NCBI GenBank assembly: GCA_947588685.1 | Contig: CANPYM010000003.1 | Span: forward strand, 5,587-69,586 | Length of the DNA: 64,000 nt | Reading direction: 5' to 3' | Origin: an uncultured Bacilli bacterium | GTDB taxonomy: Bacteria; Bacillota_I; Bacilli_A; RF39; UBA660 | In this document: one piece after another, positions 46,289-56,086 of the stretch | How the letters are laid out: every line of letters begins with the position of its first letter | Position numbering within the stretch: position 1 is the stretch's first letter | Position numbers and translations under genes: made by a program | The notes under the pieces: generated by a model | What the model was told of the DNA's origin: nothing | Database searches by the model: none | The model's input: only the letters and a program-made list of their open reading frames with translations

Positions 46289-47258
46289 CTTTTATTTCAC
46301 CTAGCACTTTCTTTAAAGCTTTCTCTAATGCTTTGATAGTCGTATTTTCGACTTGAACAGCGGCCGTATTGGTGTGACCACCACCGCCTAAACGTTTCAT
46401 GACTTCACAGACATCAACATCACCAATACTACGTGCACTAATGCCAACTAATTTTTTACCTAATTGGCCAATAGTGAAACTAGCTTTAACACCATCAAAA
46501 TTAAGTAACTCTTCACTTATTTCAGCTAACTCTTCTGGGGTTGTGGATGTCGCATAAAGAAGACAGATAGCCATATCTTTATCATAGATATAACTACTCT
46601 TAATATAATCGGCCTTTCTTAAAAACTCATCTTTACTTTCTTTTAAAAGGTTTTGTTTAACAATTGGATCAGCACCTAAAGAGATGAGATAAGCAGCTGC
46701 TTCAAAAGTTTTCTCCGTTATTTTGACGTTAAAACCATTCGTATCAATTTCCATACCAGCAAGCATAATAGAGGCTACCACTGGACTAATAGGAATACTC
46801 GTATTTTTACTATAAAAGGCAATTAATTCAACAACACTTGATAAAGATGAATCAATATAAAAAATCTCTGTTTCCCGAATATAATTACCCATCTTAATAT
46901 GATGATCTAAAACAACCTTATCAGATATTTCATCAACCAATTTAGGACAAACAATCCGCTCTTGTTGATGTACATCTAAGACAACTAATAACGTTTTATC
47001 ACTAACTAACTTACTATAGTTCTTCTCACTTACATAATTAAAGTTAGGAACTAATGATAAAGCTTGCTTAACGGTATTGTTATTTTCATCACTATCTGGA
47101 TTGATAAAAATATATGTCTTTTTACCCATTGCATTAAAAATAGAACTTAAGCCTAAACTTGATCCTAAAGCATCAAGATCAGGATTTTTATGACTAGCAA
47201 TAATAATTTTGTTATAGTCTTTAACTAACTCCGTTAAACGTCCAAATAAACTTTCCAT
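46269..47258 (-). CDS. DHH/DHHA1 family phosphoesterase (short form, no sensor domains)
   Basis: 329 aa. DHH motif VLDHH and DHHA1 motif GGGGH. Its last 20 nt overlap rplI. Confidence 0.85.
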   Translation of the reverse strand: MESLFGRLTELVKDYNKIIIASHKNPDLDALGSSLGLSSIFNAMGKKTYIFINPDSDENNNTVKQALSLVPNFNYVSEKNYSKLVSDKTLLVVLDVHQQERIVCPKLVDEISDKVVLDHHIKMGNYIRETEIFYIDSSLSSVVELIAFYSKNTSIPISPVVASIMLAGMEIDTNGFNVKITEKTFEAAAYLISLGADPIVKQNLLKESKDEFLRKADYIKSSYIYDKDMAICLLYATSTTPEELAEISEELLNFDGVKASFTIGQLGKKLVGISARSIGDVDVCEVMKRLGGGGHTNTAAVQVENTTIKALEKALKKVLGEIKDEDNLA

Positions 47259-47322
47259 AGGCCCTCCTTAATCACTTAATATTATACTATAAAATTTATC
47301 ATTCCACAAACATAACCAACAT

Positions 47323-47350
47323 AAAAAAAGAAAACATCAAGTTTTCTTTT
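47323..47350 (-). terminator. Rho-independent terminator of the giant adhesin gene
   Basis: AGAAAAC-ttgat-GTTTTCT followed by T6 on the minus strand. Confidence 0.75.
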
Positions 47351-47393
47351 CATTTGATAAAAGCAGGCACGATTTTAATCATTTGATTAATAT

Positions 47394-50300
47394 CTAACAC
47401 TTACTCTTTAGAAATTTTCTACATAGAAGTATACCGCTTAAAAGAGTGATTAAAGCCATCTCAAAAATAATTATAAACTTCTTTATTTGATCTCCAGTTA
47501 ATGGGATTTCAATATTTCTTTTATTTGTTATAGTTACGACAATATCATCATTAACTATTCCTTCATTGTCGGTATAAGTCGTTTGATATTTATCTTGATT
47601 AGCTTCTTCTTCAATTACCTCATATAAAGTATCATAAGGTATATCTTCTATAACAATTTTATCGCCACCTTTTAAGGTAATTGTTCCTTCATATGTTTCT
47701 TCATCATCTGTTGGCGTAAAATTAATTATGCCATCTTCATCAAGACCAGTATATGCATACGCTCCTTTAAATGGGGCATCTTTATCTGGTTTTAAAGTAA
47801 TTTTAAAGGTCCACTCTCTTTCGGATTCAACATTAGTTCCTTCTAGTTTTTTCTCAATACTGATACTATGCTTTGAATAATTTTTATTACTAAACTTAAC
47901 TAATGGAGCATCACCATTTAAGATTCCTTTAGTGTTTTCCGTAGTAATAGTTACATAGTCGTCTTGATTAGCTTCTTCTTCGGTTACTTCATATTCCGTA
48001 CCTTCTGGCAAATCCTTTATTTCTATTTTTTCATTATGTTTTAATTTTATAGTAGCCTCATTATAACCATCTTTTTCTACGACATCGATTGTTCCTTCTT
48101 GAAGTTCTTCAACCTCTTCAACTTCTTCAGTTTCAATATCATCTTGAGCAACTTTCTTCGTCAAAATATAGGCATATTTTTTATCTAATTTTTTGATACT
48201 TGGCGCTACAAGCTTTATTTTAAACGTCCACTCTTTTTCTTTATTGCCTAAATTACCAAATACTTCTTTACTAATGATAATATTGTGTTTTGATAATTTT
48301 GTATTCTTATATGATACTTTTACATCATCATTTAATATGCCATCTTCATCAGTTACATGAGTTATATATTCGTCTTGATTAGCTTCTTTTTCTCTAACAC
48401 GGTAAGTCGTCTTTTCTGGCAAACCATTAATAGTAACTGTTTGATTATGTTTTAAAGTAATTGTTCCAACACTACTACCGTCACTTTGTTTTGCAAATGC
48501 AATTAGACCTGTTTTAGATCCATCATATAAATATTCATCTAATAATGTTATATGATCATCCGGTGTTAAAGTTATTTCAAAAGTCCATTCTTTATTCTTA
48601 TCTCCGGCTCCACCGGCTACTTCTTTAGATATTGTTAAAGAATGTTTTGATGGCTTTTTATTATTGTACTTAACCATAAATGTATCAGTATCAATAAGTG
48701 TGCCTTTTTCTTGGCCTGTTGTCCAAGTAACATATCCATCAGTATTAGCTTCTTCTTCTACCACTTCATACTGCGTTCCTTGTGGCAAATTATTAATTGT
48801 CACTGATTCACCATGTTTTAGTGTTACATGGGCACTACTTGTACCATCACTATTATGTTGTAACTTTATATATGCATCATTTGATGGCACTATTTCAGAT
48901 ACAAAATTACCACTCGTAATTGGATAGCTATCCGATAGTGTAACACCCTCTTGAGGAGTAAACTTAACTATAAAATTCCAAACCTTGTCTTGATCGCCAT
49001 CACTACCAAGGACTTCTTTAGAAATTGTTAAACTATGTTCCGATAATTTGATATTGTTAAAGGAAATACTAGGATTATCTTTTCCATACGTCAAAGTACC
49101 TTCAACATCGCCTGTTACCCGAGTTGTATATCCATCAGTATTAGCTTCTTCTTCTTCAACTTTATACTTTGTTTCTTCTGGTAAACCTTTAATTGTTACC
49201 GTATCATTATGTTTTAGTAATACTTCTCCGGTGTAAGTTCCATCTGTATTACTAGTGAATGATATCTTTCCACTCTTAGTTCCATCAAATTGATATTCTT
49301 TATCTAAAATGACATACTCTAAAGGCTTTAAGATAATTTTAAAGGTCCATTCTTTTTCTTCATCAGCCCAAGCACCGGTTACTTTTTTAGAAATAGTTAT
49401 ATCGTGCTTACTTAATTTCGTATTAGTAAAGCGTACCGTTTCAAGATCTTTAGTTAATTCTCCTTCGGTATTAAGCGTTGCCATCGTATAATATTTTTCT
49501 TGGTTAGCCTCTACCTCTTCAACTTTATATTTTGTTCTTTCTGGAATGTTTTCAATTGTTACACTTTCACCATGTTTTAATTTAATAGTTCCTGTATAAC
49601 TATCTCCTTGTTTCGTTAAATGTAAATCTCCATCAGCATGATCAGTCACACCATTAGCAGCATGACCGCCTACATAATGATAAGTCGTATCAAATATAAC
49701 ATCTTCCGCAGGCATAAAGGTAACTTTAAAGGTCCATTCTTTTTCTTTATCGCCAGCACCGCCAGTTACAATTTTTTCTAATTTTAATTGATGACGGGAA
49801 TATTTTATATTTGTAAATTTAACATTAACACTTGGTTCATCTTTTAATAATCCTGTTTCATTATTTTTTAAAGTTATATAACCATCTTGGCTAGCATCTT
49901 TTTCCACGATTTCATAACTTGTACCTTCAGGAATATTTTTAATTGTCACACTTTCATTATGTTTTAGACTAATAGTTCCTGTATAACTTCCATCGTGATT
50001 ATCGGTAAGTTCCATCATTCCATCTTTGCTTCCAAGATAAGCATAACTTTTAGCAAATGGAATATTCTCTTGTGGGGTGAGAGTAAGATTGAATACCCAT
50101 TCTTTTTCTTGATCGCCCCAACTACCTAACACTTCTTTTGATAAAACAATATCATGTTTAGAGTATTTAGCATTTTCAAACGTAACACTAGTCTCATTAT
50201 CTACTAATGTTCCTTTAGCATTAACAGCCGTTGTTACATAATCATCACGATTAGCTAAAGTTTCCGTAACTTCATATTGCGTATTTTGCGGTATACCTTT

Positions 50301-53300
50301 AAGTGTTATTTTTTCACCATGCTTCAAAGTAACACTACCTGTATAGTTACCACTAGGTTGTTTCATCAAAGAGATACTACCAGTCTCATCTTCACCAGTT
50401 GCTTTATGTTTTAAAGTTTCATAACTTTCTTCTAATGTAACATTAACACTAGGAGTTAAAGAAATATCAAATGTCCATTCCTTTTCTTGATCAGCTAAAG
50501 CTCCGACAACATTTTTTTGAATCGTCAAATCAACCGGAGCATAGAAAGTATTAATGTAGTCAACTTCATCGAAGTAATTATCGTTAACTTGACCGATTAC
50601 CTTCGTACCTTCGATTGTGGCCGTATCTTTTTCCGCTAAATGGATACGATCAAAGAAATATCCTTCGCGGTGTTCAGGCTCGGTAAGAAGTTCTTCGATT
50701 TCATATGTTGAGTCGCTATTTAATCCGGAGAACATTAAGCCTTCATTATTCTTTAATGTAATATGAGCAACATTAACTTCTTGATTTTTCCAATCATCAT
50801 CGGTCCAACCTTCAGGCTTATCTCCTGGCTTTTTATCGTCACTATACCCAAAATATACTTTTTGGGTTAAAAAGGCTGTTTGGGTTGCATAAGGTGATGA
50901 TAATTCACTAGCGCCATATGAATATGGATTTAGATGAGCGATAACAAATTCATCTAATGAATCATATCCAGAAGTTGTTCCTTTCCATGTACCATTTTCA
51001 ACCTCAATAACAGGGATTAGATAAGCTTTCTTTATCCAGAAATCCAATGATCCAAGGGTATGTTCATCGTCATATTTTTTATATTTATTTAAATCGTTCT
51101 TTAAGCTACTACTTATCGCATCAGGATTTTCAACATAAGTGGTCATACCTGATAATGTTAATTCAACATAATCTTCACTATCTGGTGCTTGATATAGCCT
51201 AAAGACATTTTCATCACTGACACTTTTGGCTTTATTAGTTCCAATATAAACATAATAACTTCGGCCATTATTTTTACGATAAACAGTTAAATCATTATTA
51301 GCGTTTTGTAAAAATCCTCTATTGTCAGTCAAAATATCTATGGTTTTTAAACGAAGTTGCCACTCATTACTATAAGGATTTTTGTACATTTTTAAAGCTT
51401 CAAAATCGCCTTCATGGTCATCTAACTTAACACTAAAATTAAACTCTTTATTATTATCAATTTTTTGCTTACCAACCTCATTAGTTTCTACTTCTTTAGT
51501 CATAAATAACAAAGAATCGTTTACCTCAAGGCGACCATTATTTCCTAGATAAGAATTAATGATAATATTACTATCATTAGAAGTTGTTCCTGTAGTCGCA
51601 CTAATGGTTGGTAGGTAATAATTATAAGCCGTGCTTGTTCGGTTAGTTGTTTTTGGTCTTAAACTTTGAGCCATATCACCAACACGTAAACCACCTGGGC
51701 GTGTTGCAATTACCCAATTATCACCACTAGGTTTATCTTTTCCTTGTTCATATTGAACCCATGTGTCATTTACTTCATCATACCAAGCTAAGTAGTTTCC
51801 TGCCTCAATACTTCCACCAGCTATTCCTGAACCAAATTCTTTACCTAATCTTGATACAGCAACATGAACAAGGTCCTTTCTACCTGGCAAGTAATAATCA
51901 AGTATAACATAGTACCATTTATCAGGACTTAATGTTTGAGCATCAGTTATTTTTTGATGAGTAGCTTTAAAGACATTTAACTCATCATCCGTAAGTAGTG
52001 GGACATCTTTATATGTTCCATTAGTTTCAAGGTCACCATCATCAGCACCTAAATTGTATAAAGGTAGCGGATTTTGATACATATAGAAGCGATTCGTTTC
52101 ATTTGGTGAGAAAGATAAGACAGCATCGCCTCTAGTTCTTTCAGCGCTTGTGTCTGTAACATAATCTTTATATAGCGTGTTACTATAATAGTTAGAATAG
52201 AAATAAACAACATCGCCAATCTTATTTTTTTGTAGATATTCTGGAGAAATTTTGGCCATATCTACATTTAAGCCATCATCCGTAAAAATAGAATCTTGTA
52301 AGCCCACACCATAGAAAAGTCTAAATGGTGTCGTTATCGTTTTATTACCTAAATTAGTTGTGTATGATGAGACAAAGCCGTCTGGCCCTATTGTAATATT
52401 TGCTACTTCAATAGGTAAAGCACTTACTGGAATATTGACATAAATAGCTCGATCAAAGCCTAAATCAATAGCTGCATCATTATTTTCATCTTCAAAATTT
52501 TCAGTGTCTTCGACCCATATCCGAATATCACTTAATTTATATTTGATCTTTGTATCGTTATAACATGGATTATGAACTTCGTCATTTCTGCTATCTTCTA
52601 TAAAGCGATACAAAGTATAGATAGTGTTTCTTTGCTGATTGGTCATGCTTCCCTCTTCTAAAAGATTTGGAACGTACTTTCGAACAGTTTCACTATCAGC
52701 ATAATAAGTATCACCATTATCCCAGCTACCGCTAGTCCCTAAAAATTCGCCATCTTTATTATACCAACCCATCTCAAAAGGTAATGATAAATCTTCACTA
52801 TCATGACTTGGCCCACGATGCTTAATATTAAAATTATAATCGTATACAGCTGTCTTTGTAATACCATGAATTTTTCCAAAAAGAAGTAAACCCATGTCAT
52901 ATGTTTCACCACTAACGGTAATTGCCTTATTCTTGACATCCATATATTGTCCCAGTGGATCCATAAAAGTCATTGAATCTTCGATACCAATATCATTAAT
53001 ACCACTAATGGGCTCGAAAGCACTAGAAACAATATCTTCAACGATGGCATCAAATGTTTCAGCAATCTTATCTGCTGCTTCTTCTTTACTAGATGCATAA
53101 TAAGATTTAGTTACATAGTCATATTCTAAATCAGCATTACTTAATCCGTAAGGATTATTGGCTGTATCACCAGGATCTAAGTTATCAAATGATACATCTT
53201 TTCTTTCTGATACAAAATAAGCATTAGAATGGTTGTGTCCTATTGGAACAGTTGCATCATATTCAACACCATTAACAGTAGCTCTTCCATCTTTCATATC

Positions 53301-55010
53301 ATCCCAAAGGCCTTTTGCTTCATCGTAAATGACATATTTATTTATTTTTCCCCGATCATCATAGGAATTACTATCATTTTTGAATTCATCATAAGCATTA
53401 ATAGCATCAATAATGGCTGATATTATTTCATAACCAACCGTATATGGTTCATAAACAATATCATCATCTTTTAAATTGTTTACATCAGCATCTTGTTTGA
53501 TATAACCCTTTTCTTTTAACCAATCAGTATTAAAATAATCGTTGGGGTTCATAAGTACTGAACTAGTATTTATAGTATAATTAGCTGTACCACTAAACCA
53601 TTCTTCTGGATCAGGTAGTTTTACTTCTTCTGGATTATTCATATCAACAGAAACTGTATAAAATTTACAATTTCCTCCAAACTTTTTTTCTACCTGAGCT
53701 CTCATATATGAACCATTTAAAATTGTTGTTAATATAATCGCTGCTTGTGAAGATCTTACCTCATTAGCAAACTCTTTTAACTTTTGTTCACCTACAGCAC
53801 CAGGGTTAGAGTCTTTAATATGGCCATCTGTTAATGTTCCATCTCCATAACCAATTTGTTCTAATGTTGGAACTCCATCTTTTTCTATTAAATCAATGTA
53901 CATATTCCAATCCCATGTCCAGGTTCCTTGTGGATCTTCAAACGCCTTGATATAACTAGCTTTTTTATTACCTCGATCATTTGTAAAGCCCATAGCTTGT
54001 AGGGTAGGATTAGACCATGATCCCTCCAACATATCGGTAGCTGCACCATCAGATAATACAACAACGGAAGGAATATAATTAAAGGTAATTCCCGCAACCT
54101 TAACTTTAGTTTCCTCTTGTAATAAAGCTTTAAATGCCGCATAAGTACCAGCATTAATATTCGTTGTTCCATTACGATATGTATCATATCTTTTTATACC
54201 ATTATCAGTAAGTCGTATATTCTCATCAACTTTAAAAGTATCATTGACATACCTTTTATCAACAAAAACAAAGCCACCAGCGGTATTAGCATGACTTGGA
54301 TCTTTGATAGGTTCACTAAACTGGGTGTAATCAGTAACCCCTGCTTCTACCCAGCCGGCATCAAGATAATGATATGGTTGTTCTTCATCATCACTTACCT
54401 CATAATGCCCCATTGGAACAATAGTTGTTGCTGTATTACAATCATCATCTTTTACTCCATTTTTACCATTGTTACCAAAAAGAACAACAGACACTTCATT
54501 AAAAGCGCCAGCGCGCATTAACTTATCAATAGATTCGTTAACAGCGCTAACAGTTTTATCCATACGGGTTTTAGACCAATCTGTTTTATTATTAGAATAC
54601 ATCGAACCAGAATTATCTATAACAATAACGGTTTTAGTTGGTGGTAAACCTATCCAAGCCTGACTAGATCCTAAAGCTGAGAAAACATTTAAAAAATCAG
54701 TATTAAGTTTGACTTTACCGTCATATCCGTCAGTGGCCATATCTAAAGTTAAATCATTAGTAAAAACAGACTTATCAGACCAAATACGGCCAGCATATCT
54801 TGAACCATCCGCATCACTAAGTAAAAGATTTTGATATGAATCCATCGTACTAGGATCAGAAATACGATTAAAATTAGATGAACTATAAGATTTGTTATTG
54901 ATAAATCCCATCATCGTCAATAAGCTTTTATTACCAAAGCTTATAACAGCTAAAGAAATACATATCGTTAACACCAATAATTTTAAAGATATTTTTTTAA
55001 TGTTATTCAT
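47394..55010 (-). CDS. Giant cell-wall-anchored surface protein: signal peptide, vWA domain, long unassigned middle region, 8 CnaB/SpaA-like repeats, IPLTG sorting signal
   Basis: 2538 aa. Signal peptide KISLKLLVLTICISLAVISFG. MIDAS motif VIDNSGSM (aa 130-137). Eight ~121-aa repeats carry KEWTF. The C-terminus reads IPLTGD + hydrophobic helix + RKFLKSKC; IPLTG was verified in the DNA at 47493..47507. Confidence 0.9.
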   Translation of the reverse strand: MNNIKKISLKLLVLTICISLAVISFGNKSLLTMMGFINNKSYSSSNFNRISDPSTMDSYQNLLLSDADGSRYAGRIWSDKSVFTNDLTLDMATDGYDGKVKLNTDFLNVFSALGSSQAWIGLPPTKTVIVIDNSGSMYSNNKTDWSKTRMDKTVSAVNESIDKLMRAGAFNEVSVVLFGNNGKNGVKDDDCNTATTIVPMGHYEVSDDEEQPYHYLDAGWVEAGVTDYTQFSEPIKDPSHANTAGGFVFVDKRYVNDTFKVDENIRLTDNGIKRYDTYRNGTTNINAGTYAAFKALLQEETKVKVAGITFNYIPSVVVLSDGAATDMLEGSWSNPTLQAMGFTNDRGNKKASYIKAFEDPQGTWTWDWNMYIDLIEKDGVPTLEQIGYGDGTLTDGHIKDSNPGAVGEQKLKEFANEVRSSQAAIILTTILNGSYMRAQVEKKFGGNCKFYTVSVDMNNPEEVKLPDPEEWFSGTANYTINTSSVLMNPNDYFNTDWLKEKGYIKQDADVNNLKDDDIVYEPYTVGYEIISAIIDAINAYDEFKNDSNSYDDRGKINKYVIYDEAKGLWDDMKDGRATVNGVEYDATVPIGHNHSNAYFVSERKDVSFDNLDPGDTANNPYGLSNADLEYDYVTKSYYASSKEEAADKIAETFDAIVEDIVSSAFEPISGINDIGIEDSMTFMDPLGQYMDVKNKAITVSGETYDMGLLLFGKIHGITKTAVYDYNFNIKHRGPSHDSEDLSLPFEMGWYNKDGEFLGTSGSWDNGDTYYADSETVRKYVPNLLEEGSMTNQQRNTIYTLYRFIEDSRNDEVHNPCYNDTKIKYKLSDIRIWVEDTENFEDENNDAAIDLGFDRAIYVNIPVSALPIEVANITIGPDGFVSSYTTNLGNKTITTPFRLFYGVGLQDSIFTDDGLNVDMAKISPEYLQKNKIGDVVYFYSNYYSNTLYKDYVTDTSAERTRGDAVLSFSPNETNRFYMYQNPLPLYNLGADDGDLETNGTYKDVPLLTDDELNVFKATHQKITDAQTLSPDKWYYVILDYYLPGRKDLVHVAVSRLGKEFGSGIAGGSIEAGNYLAWYDEVNDTWVQYEQGKDKPSGDNWVIATRPGGLRVGDMAQSLRPKTTNRTSTAYNYYLPTISATTGTTSNDSNIIINSYLGNNGRLEVNDSLLFMTKEVETNEVGKQKIDNNKEFNFSVKLDDHEGDFEALKMYKNPYSNEWQLRLKTIDILTDNRGFLQNANNDLTVYRKNNGRSYYVYIGTNKAKSVSDENVFRLYQAPDSEDYVELTLSGMTTYVENPDAISSSLKNDLNKYKKYDDEHTLGSLDFWIKKAYLIPVIEVENGTWKGTTSGYDSLDEFVIAHLNPYSYGASELSSPYATQTAFLTQKVYFGYSDDKKPGDKPEGWTDDDWKNQEVNVAHITLKNNEGLMFSGLNSDSTYEIEELLTEPEHREGYFFDRIHLAEKDTATIEGTKVIGQVNDNYFDEVDYINTFYAPVDLTIQKNVVGALADQEKEWTFDISLTPSVNVTLEESYETLKHKATGEDETGSISLMKQPSGNYTGSVTLKHGEKITLKGIPQNTQYEVTETLANRDDYVTTAVNAKGTLVDNETSVTFENAKYSKHDIVLSKEVLGSWGDQEKEWVFNLTLTPQENIPFAKSYAYLGSKDGMMELTDNHDGSYTGTISLKHNESVTIKNIPEGTSYEIVEKDASQDGYITLKNNETGLLKDEPSVNVKFTNIKYSRHQLKLEKIVTGGAGDKEKEWTFKVTFMPAEDVIFDTTYHYVGGHAANGVTDHADGDLHLTKQGDSYTGTIKLKHGESVTIENIPERTKYKVEEVEANQEKYYTMATLNTEGELTKDLETVRFTNTKLSKHDITISKKVTGAWADEEKEWTFKIILKPLEYVILDKEYQFDGTKSGKISFTSNTDGTYTGEVLLKHNDTVTIKGLPEETKYKVEEEEANTDGYTTRVTGDVEGTLTYGKDNPSISFNNIKLSEHSLTISKEVLGSDGDQDKVWNFIVKFTPQEGVTLSDSYPITSGNFVSEIVPSNDAYIKLQHNSDGTSSAHVTLKHGESVTINNLPQGTQYEVVEEEANTDGYVTWTTGQEKGTLIDTDTFMVKYNNKKPSKHSLTISKEVAGGAGDKNKEWTFEITLTPDDHITLLDEYLYDGSKTGLIAFAKQSDGSSVGTITLKHNQTVTINGLPEKTTYRVREKEANQDEYITHVTDEDGILNDDVKVSYKNTKLSKHNIIISKEVFGNLGNKEKEWTFKIKLVAPSIKKLDKKYAYILTKKVAQDDIETEEVEEVEELQEGTIDVVEKDGYNEATIKLKHNEKIEIKDLPEGTEYEVTEEEANQDDYVTITTENTKGILNGDAPLVKFSNKNYSKHSISIEKKLEGTNVESEREWTFKITLKPDKDAPFKGAYAYTGLDEDGIINFTPTDDEETYEGTITLKGGDKIVIEDIPYDTLYEVIEEEANQDKYQTTYTDNEGIVNDDIVVTITNKRNIEIPLTGDQIKKFIIIFEMALITLLSGILLCRKFLKSKC
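47510..50535 (-). repeat. Eight tandem ~365-bp coding repeats (CnaB/SpaA-like domains)
   Basis: Recurrent protein blocks (L/I)SKEVxG..(D/E)KEWTFxIxLxP...YTGTIxLKHxExVTIxxLPExTxYEVxEEEANxDGY...VxFxNxK. The repeats are diverged at the DNA level. Confidence 0.85.
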
Positions 55011-55102
55011 AACTTCTCCTACTTTTCTTAATAATTTTTTTTATATTTAAAATAGATTCAAATATTTGGACATTACTATCTTTATCTATCCTTTTCTAAA
55101 TC

Positions 55103-55131
55103 ATTATATCAACAAAAAAAAAAAAAAACAA
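55103..55131 (-). promoter_or_regulatory. Sigma-A promoter of the adhesin gene: TTGTTT-N17-TATAAT with TGa extended -10; 12 of the 17 spacer nt are T
   Basis: Read base by base on the minus strand: TTG + T15 + GTTGA + TATAAT. The -35 is 55131..55126, the spacer 55125..55109, and the -10 55108..55103. Confidence 0.65.
55114..55128 (-). repeat. Homopolymeric T15 tract (A15 on the plus strand)
   Basis: The longest homopolymer I noticed in the window. It lies inside the promoter spacer and directly follows the whiA terminator stem. Confidence 0.98.
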
Positions 55132-55163
55132 GTAACTTTTTTGCGAGATATATTAGTTACTTG
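55114..55163 (-). terminator. Putative whiA terminator (8-bp stem, 19-nt loop, T15 tail)
   Basis: CAAGTAAC (contains the whiA stop) ... GTTACTTG followed by T15. The loop is unusually large, so the hairpin is weak. Confidence 0.5.
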
Positions 55164-56080
55164 TTTCTTTCTTTTTTATTTCTAATTCTTTCAGCTAACG
55201 CTTTTATTTTATTAAAGCGATGATACAAACCAGATTTAGTAATTTTGGTATCGGTTTCAATACTGATGATTTCACTTAATTCAACTAACGAAGCTTCGGG
55301 GTATTTTAAACGGTAAGTGGCAACTAATCTTTCTTTTTCATCTAAAAGATCTAGTCCGCCTTCTGCTTCAATTACCTCGATATCTCTTACCTGTTTCGTC
55401 GCTGTTTCAATAATTTTATCGACATTGGCTTGTTCACAATTATTAAGGCGATTCGTCATATTCTTGTGATCCCTATAGATACGAATATCTTCAAAGTAGA
55501 ATAACGCATTAATAGCGTTCATCATTCGAAGAAAATCCCCTATTTTTTCGGCTTCTTTAACATAGATCATATACTTATTATCCCGTTTTAAAACTTTGCT
55601 ATTTAAATAGTATTCATTTAATAACTTACTAATAAACTTAGCATATTCTAAGTTATCAACAAAAAACTCTAAATGATAACGTGACTTCTTGGGGTCATTA
55701 ATACTACCACAGGCTATAAATAATCCTCTTAAATAAGCTCGTTTCGATAAATCATCATCAAGAATATAATCTCTTGGAATATTCGTATCAAGACTTAAAT
55801 CATTGATAATATCTTTAACTTTACGGGTTATCTCTAAAATATAGAGATAACTTTTCATATAGTTATAACCACGCCTTACGGTTATTTTAGGAGAAACATC
55901 ATACATTTCTTTAATTGATGAAAAAACATATCTAGCGACACTAGCATTTTCCGTAGTTATTTTAATAGTATCAGTAATAATGGCACTATTTCTTAAAATA
56001 ACAGATAATTCAGCAATCATTTCCGTGCGTTCATGGTTTAATTTACTTACTTCATTTTTAATATCACTTGTAAATGACAT
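55157..56080 (-). CDS. whiA: DNA-binding protein WhiA
   Basis: 307 aa. MSFTSDIKNEVSKL start, LAGLIDADG-like middle and a C-terminal HTH. Confidence 0.93.
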   Translation of the reverse strand: MSFTSDIKNEVSKLNHERTEMIAELSVILRNSAIITDTIKITTENASVARYVFSSIKEMYDVSPKITVRRGYNYMKSYLYILEITRKVKDIINDLSLDTNIPRDYILDDDLSKRAYLRGLFIACGSINDPKKSRYHLEFFVDNLEYAKFISKLLNEYYLNSKVLKRDNKYMIYVKEAEKIGDFLRMMNAINALFYFEDIRIYRDHKNMTNRLNNCEQANVDKIIETATKQVRDIEVIEAEGGLDLLDEKERLVATYRLKYPEASLVELSEIISIETDTKITKSGLYHRFNKIKALAERIRNKKERNK

Positions 56081-56086
56081 AAATAT

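Noticed and set aside
47510-50535. Regularly spaced ~365-bp repeats that could superficially suggest a repeat array.
   Set aside because: They are in-frame coding domain repeats of the adhesin. The period is far too long and there is no repeat-spacer organisation, so this is not a CRISPR array. No cas genes are present in the window.
48664-54663. Nine nested ORFs inside the giant adhesin gene (48664+, 49048+, 49309+, 52739-, 52894+, 53229+, 53888-, 54291+, 54469+).
   Set aside because: The 7.6-kb frame is continuous with coherent domain structure. The nested ORFs are shadow frames.
55114-55128. Interpreting the A15/T15 tract as merely an AT-rich terminator tail or a sequencing artefact.
   Set aside because: Not fully rejected. 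It does follow a hairpin. However, the hairpin loop is 19 nt, and the tract gives an exact 17-nt spacing between TTGTTT and TGaTATAAT. The promoter-spacer reading is therefore kept as a finding, and the terminator reading is listed as a lower-confidence feature.
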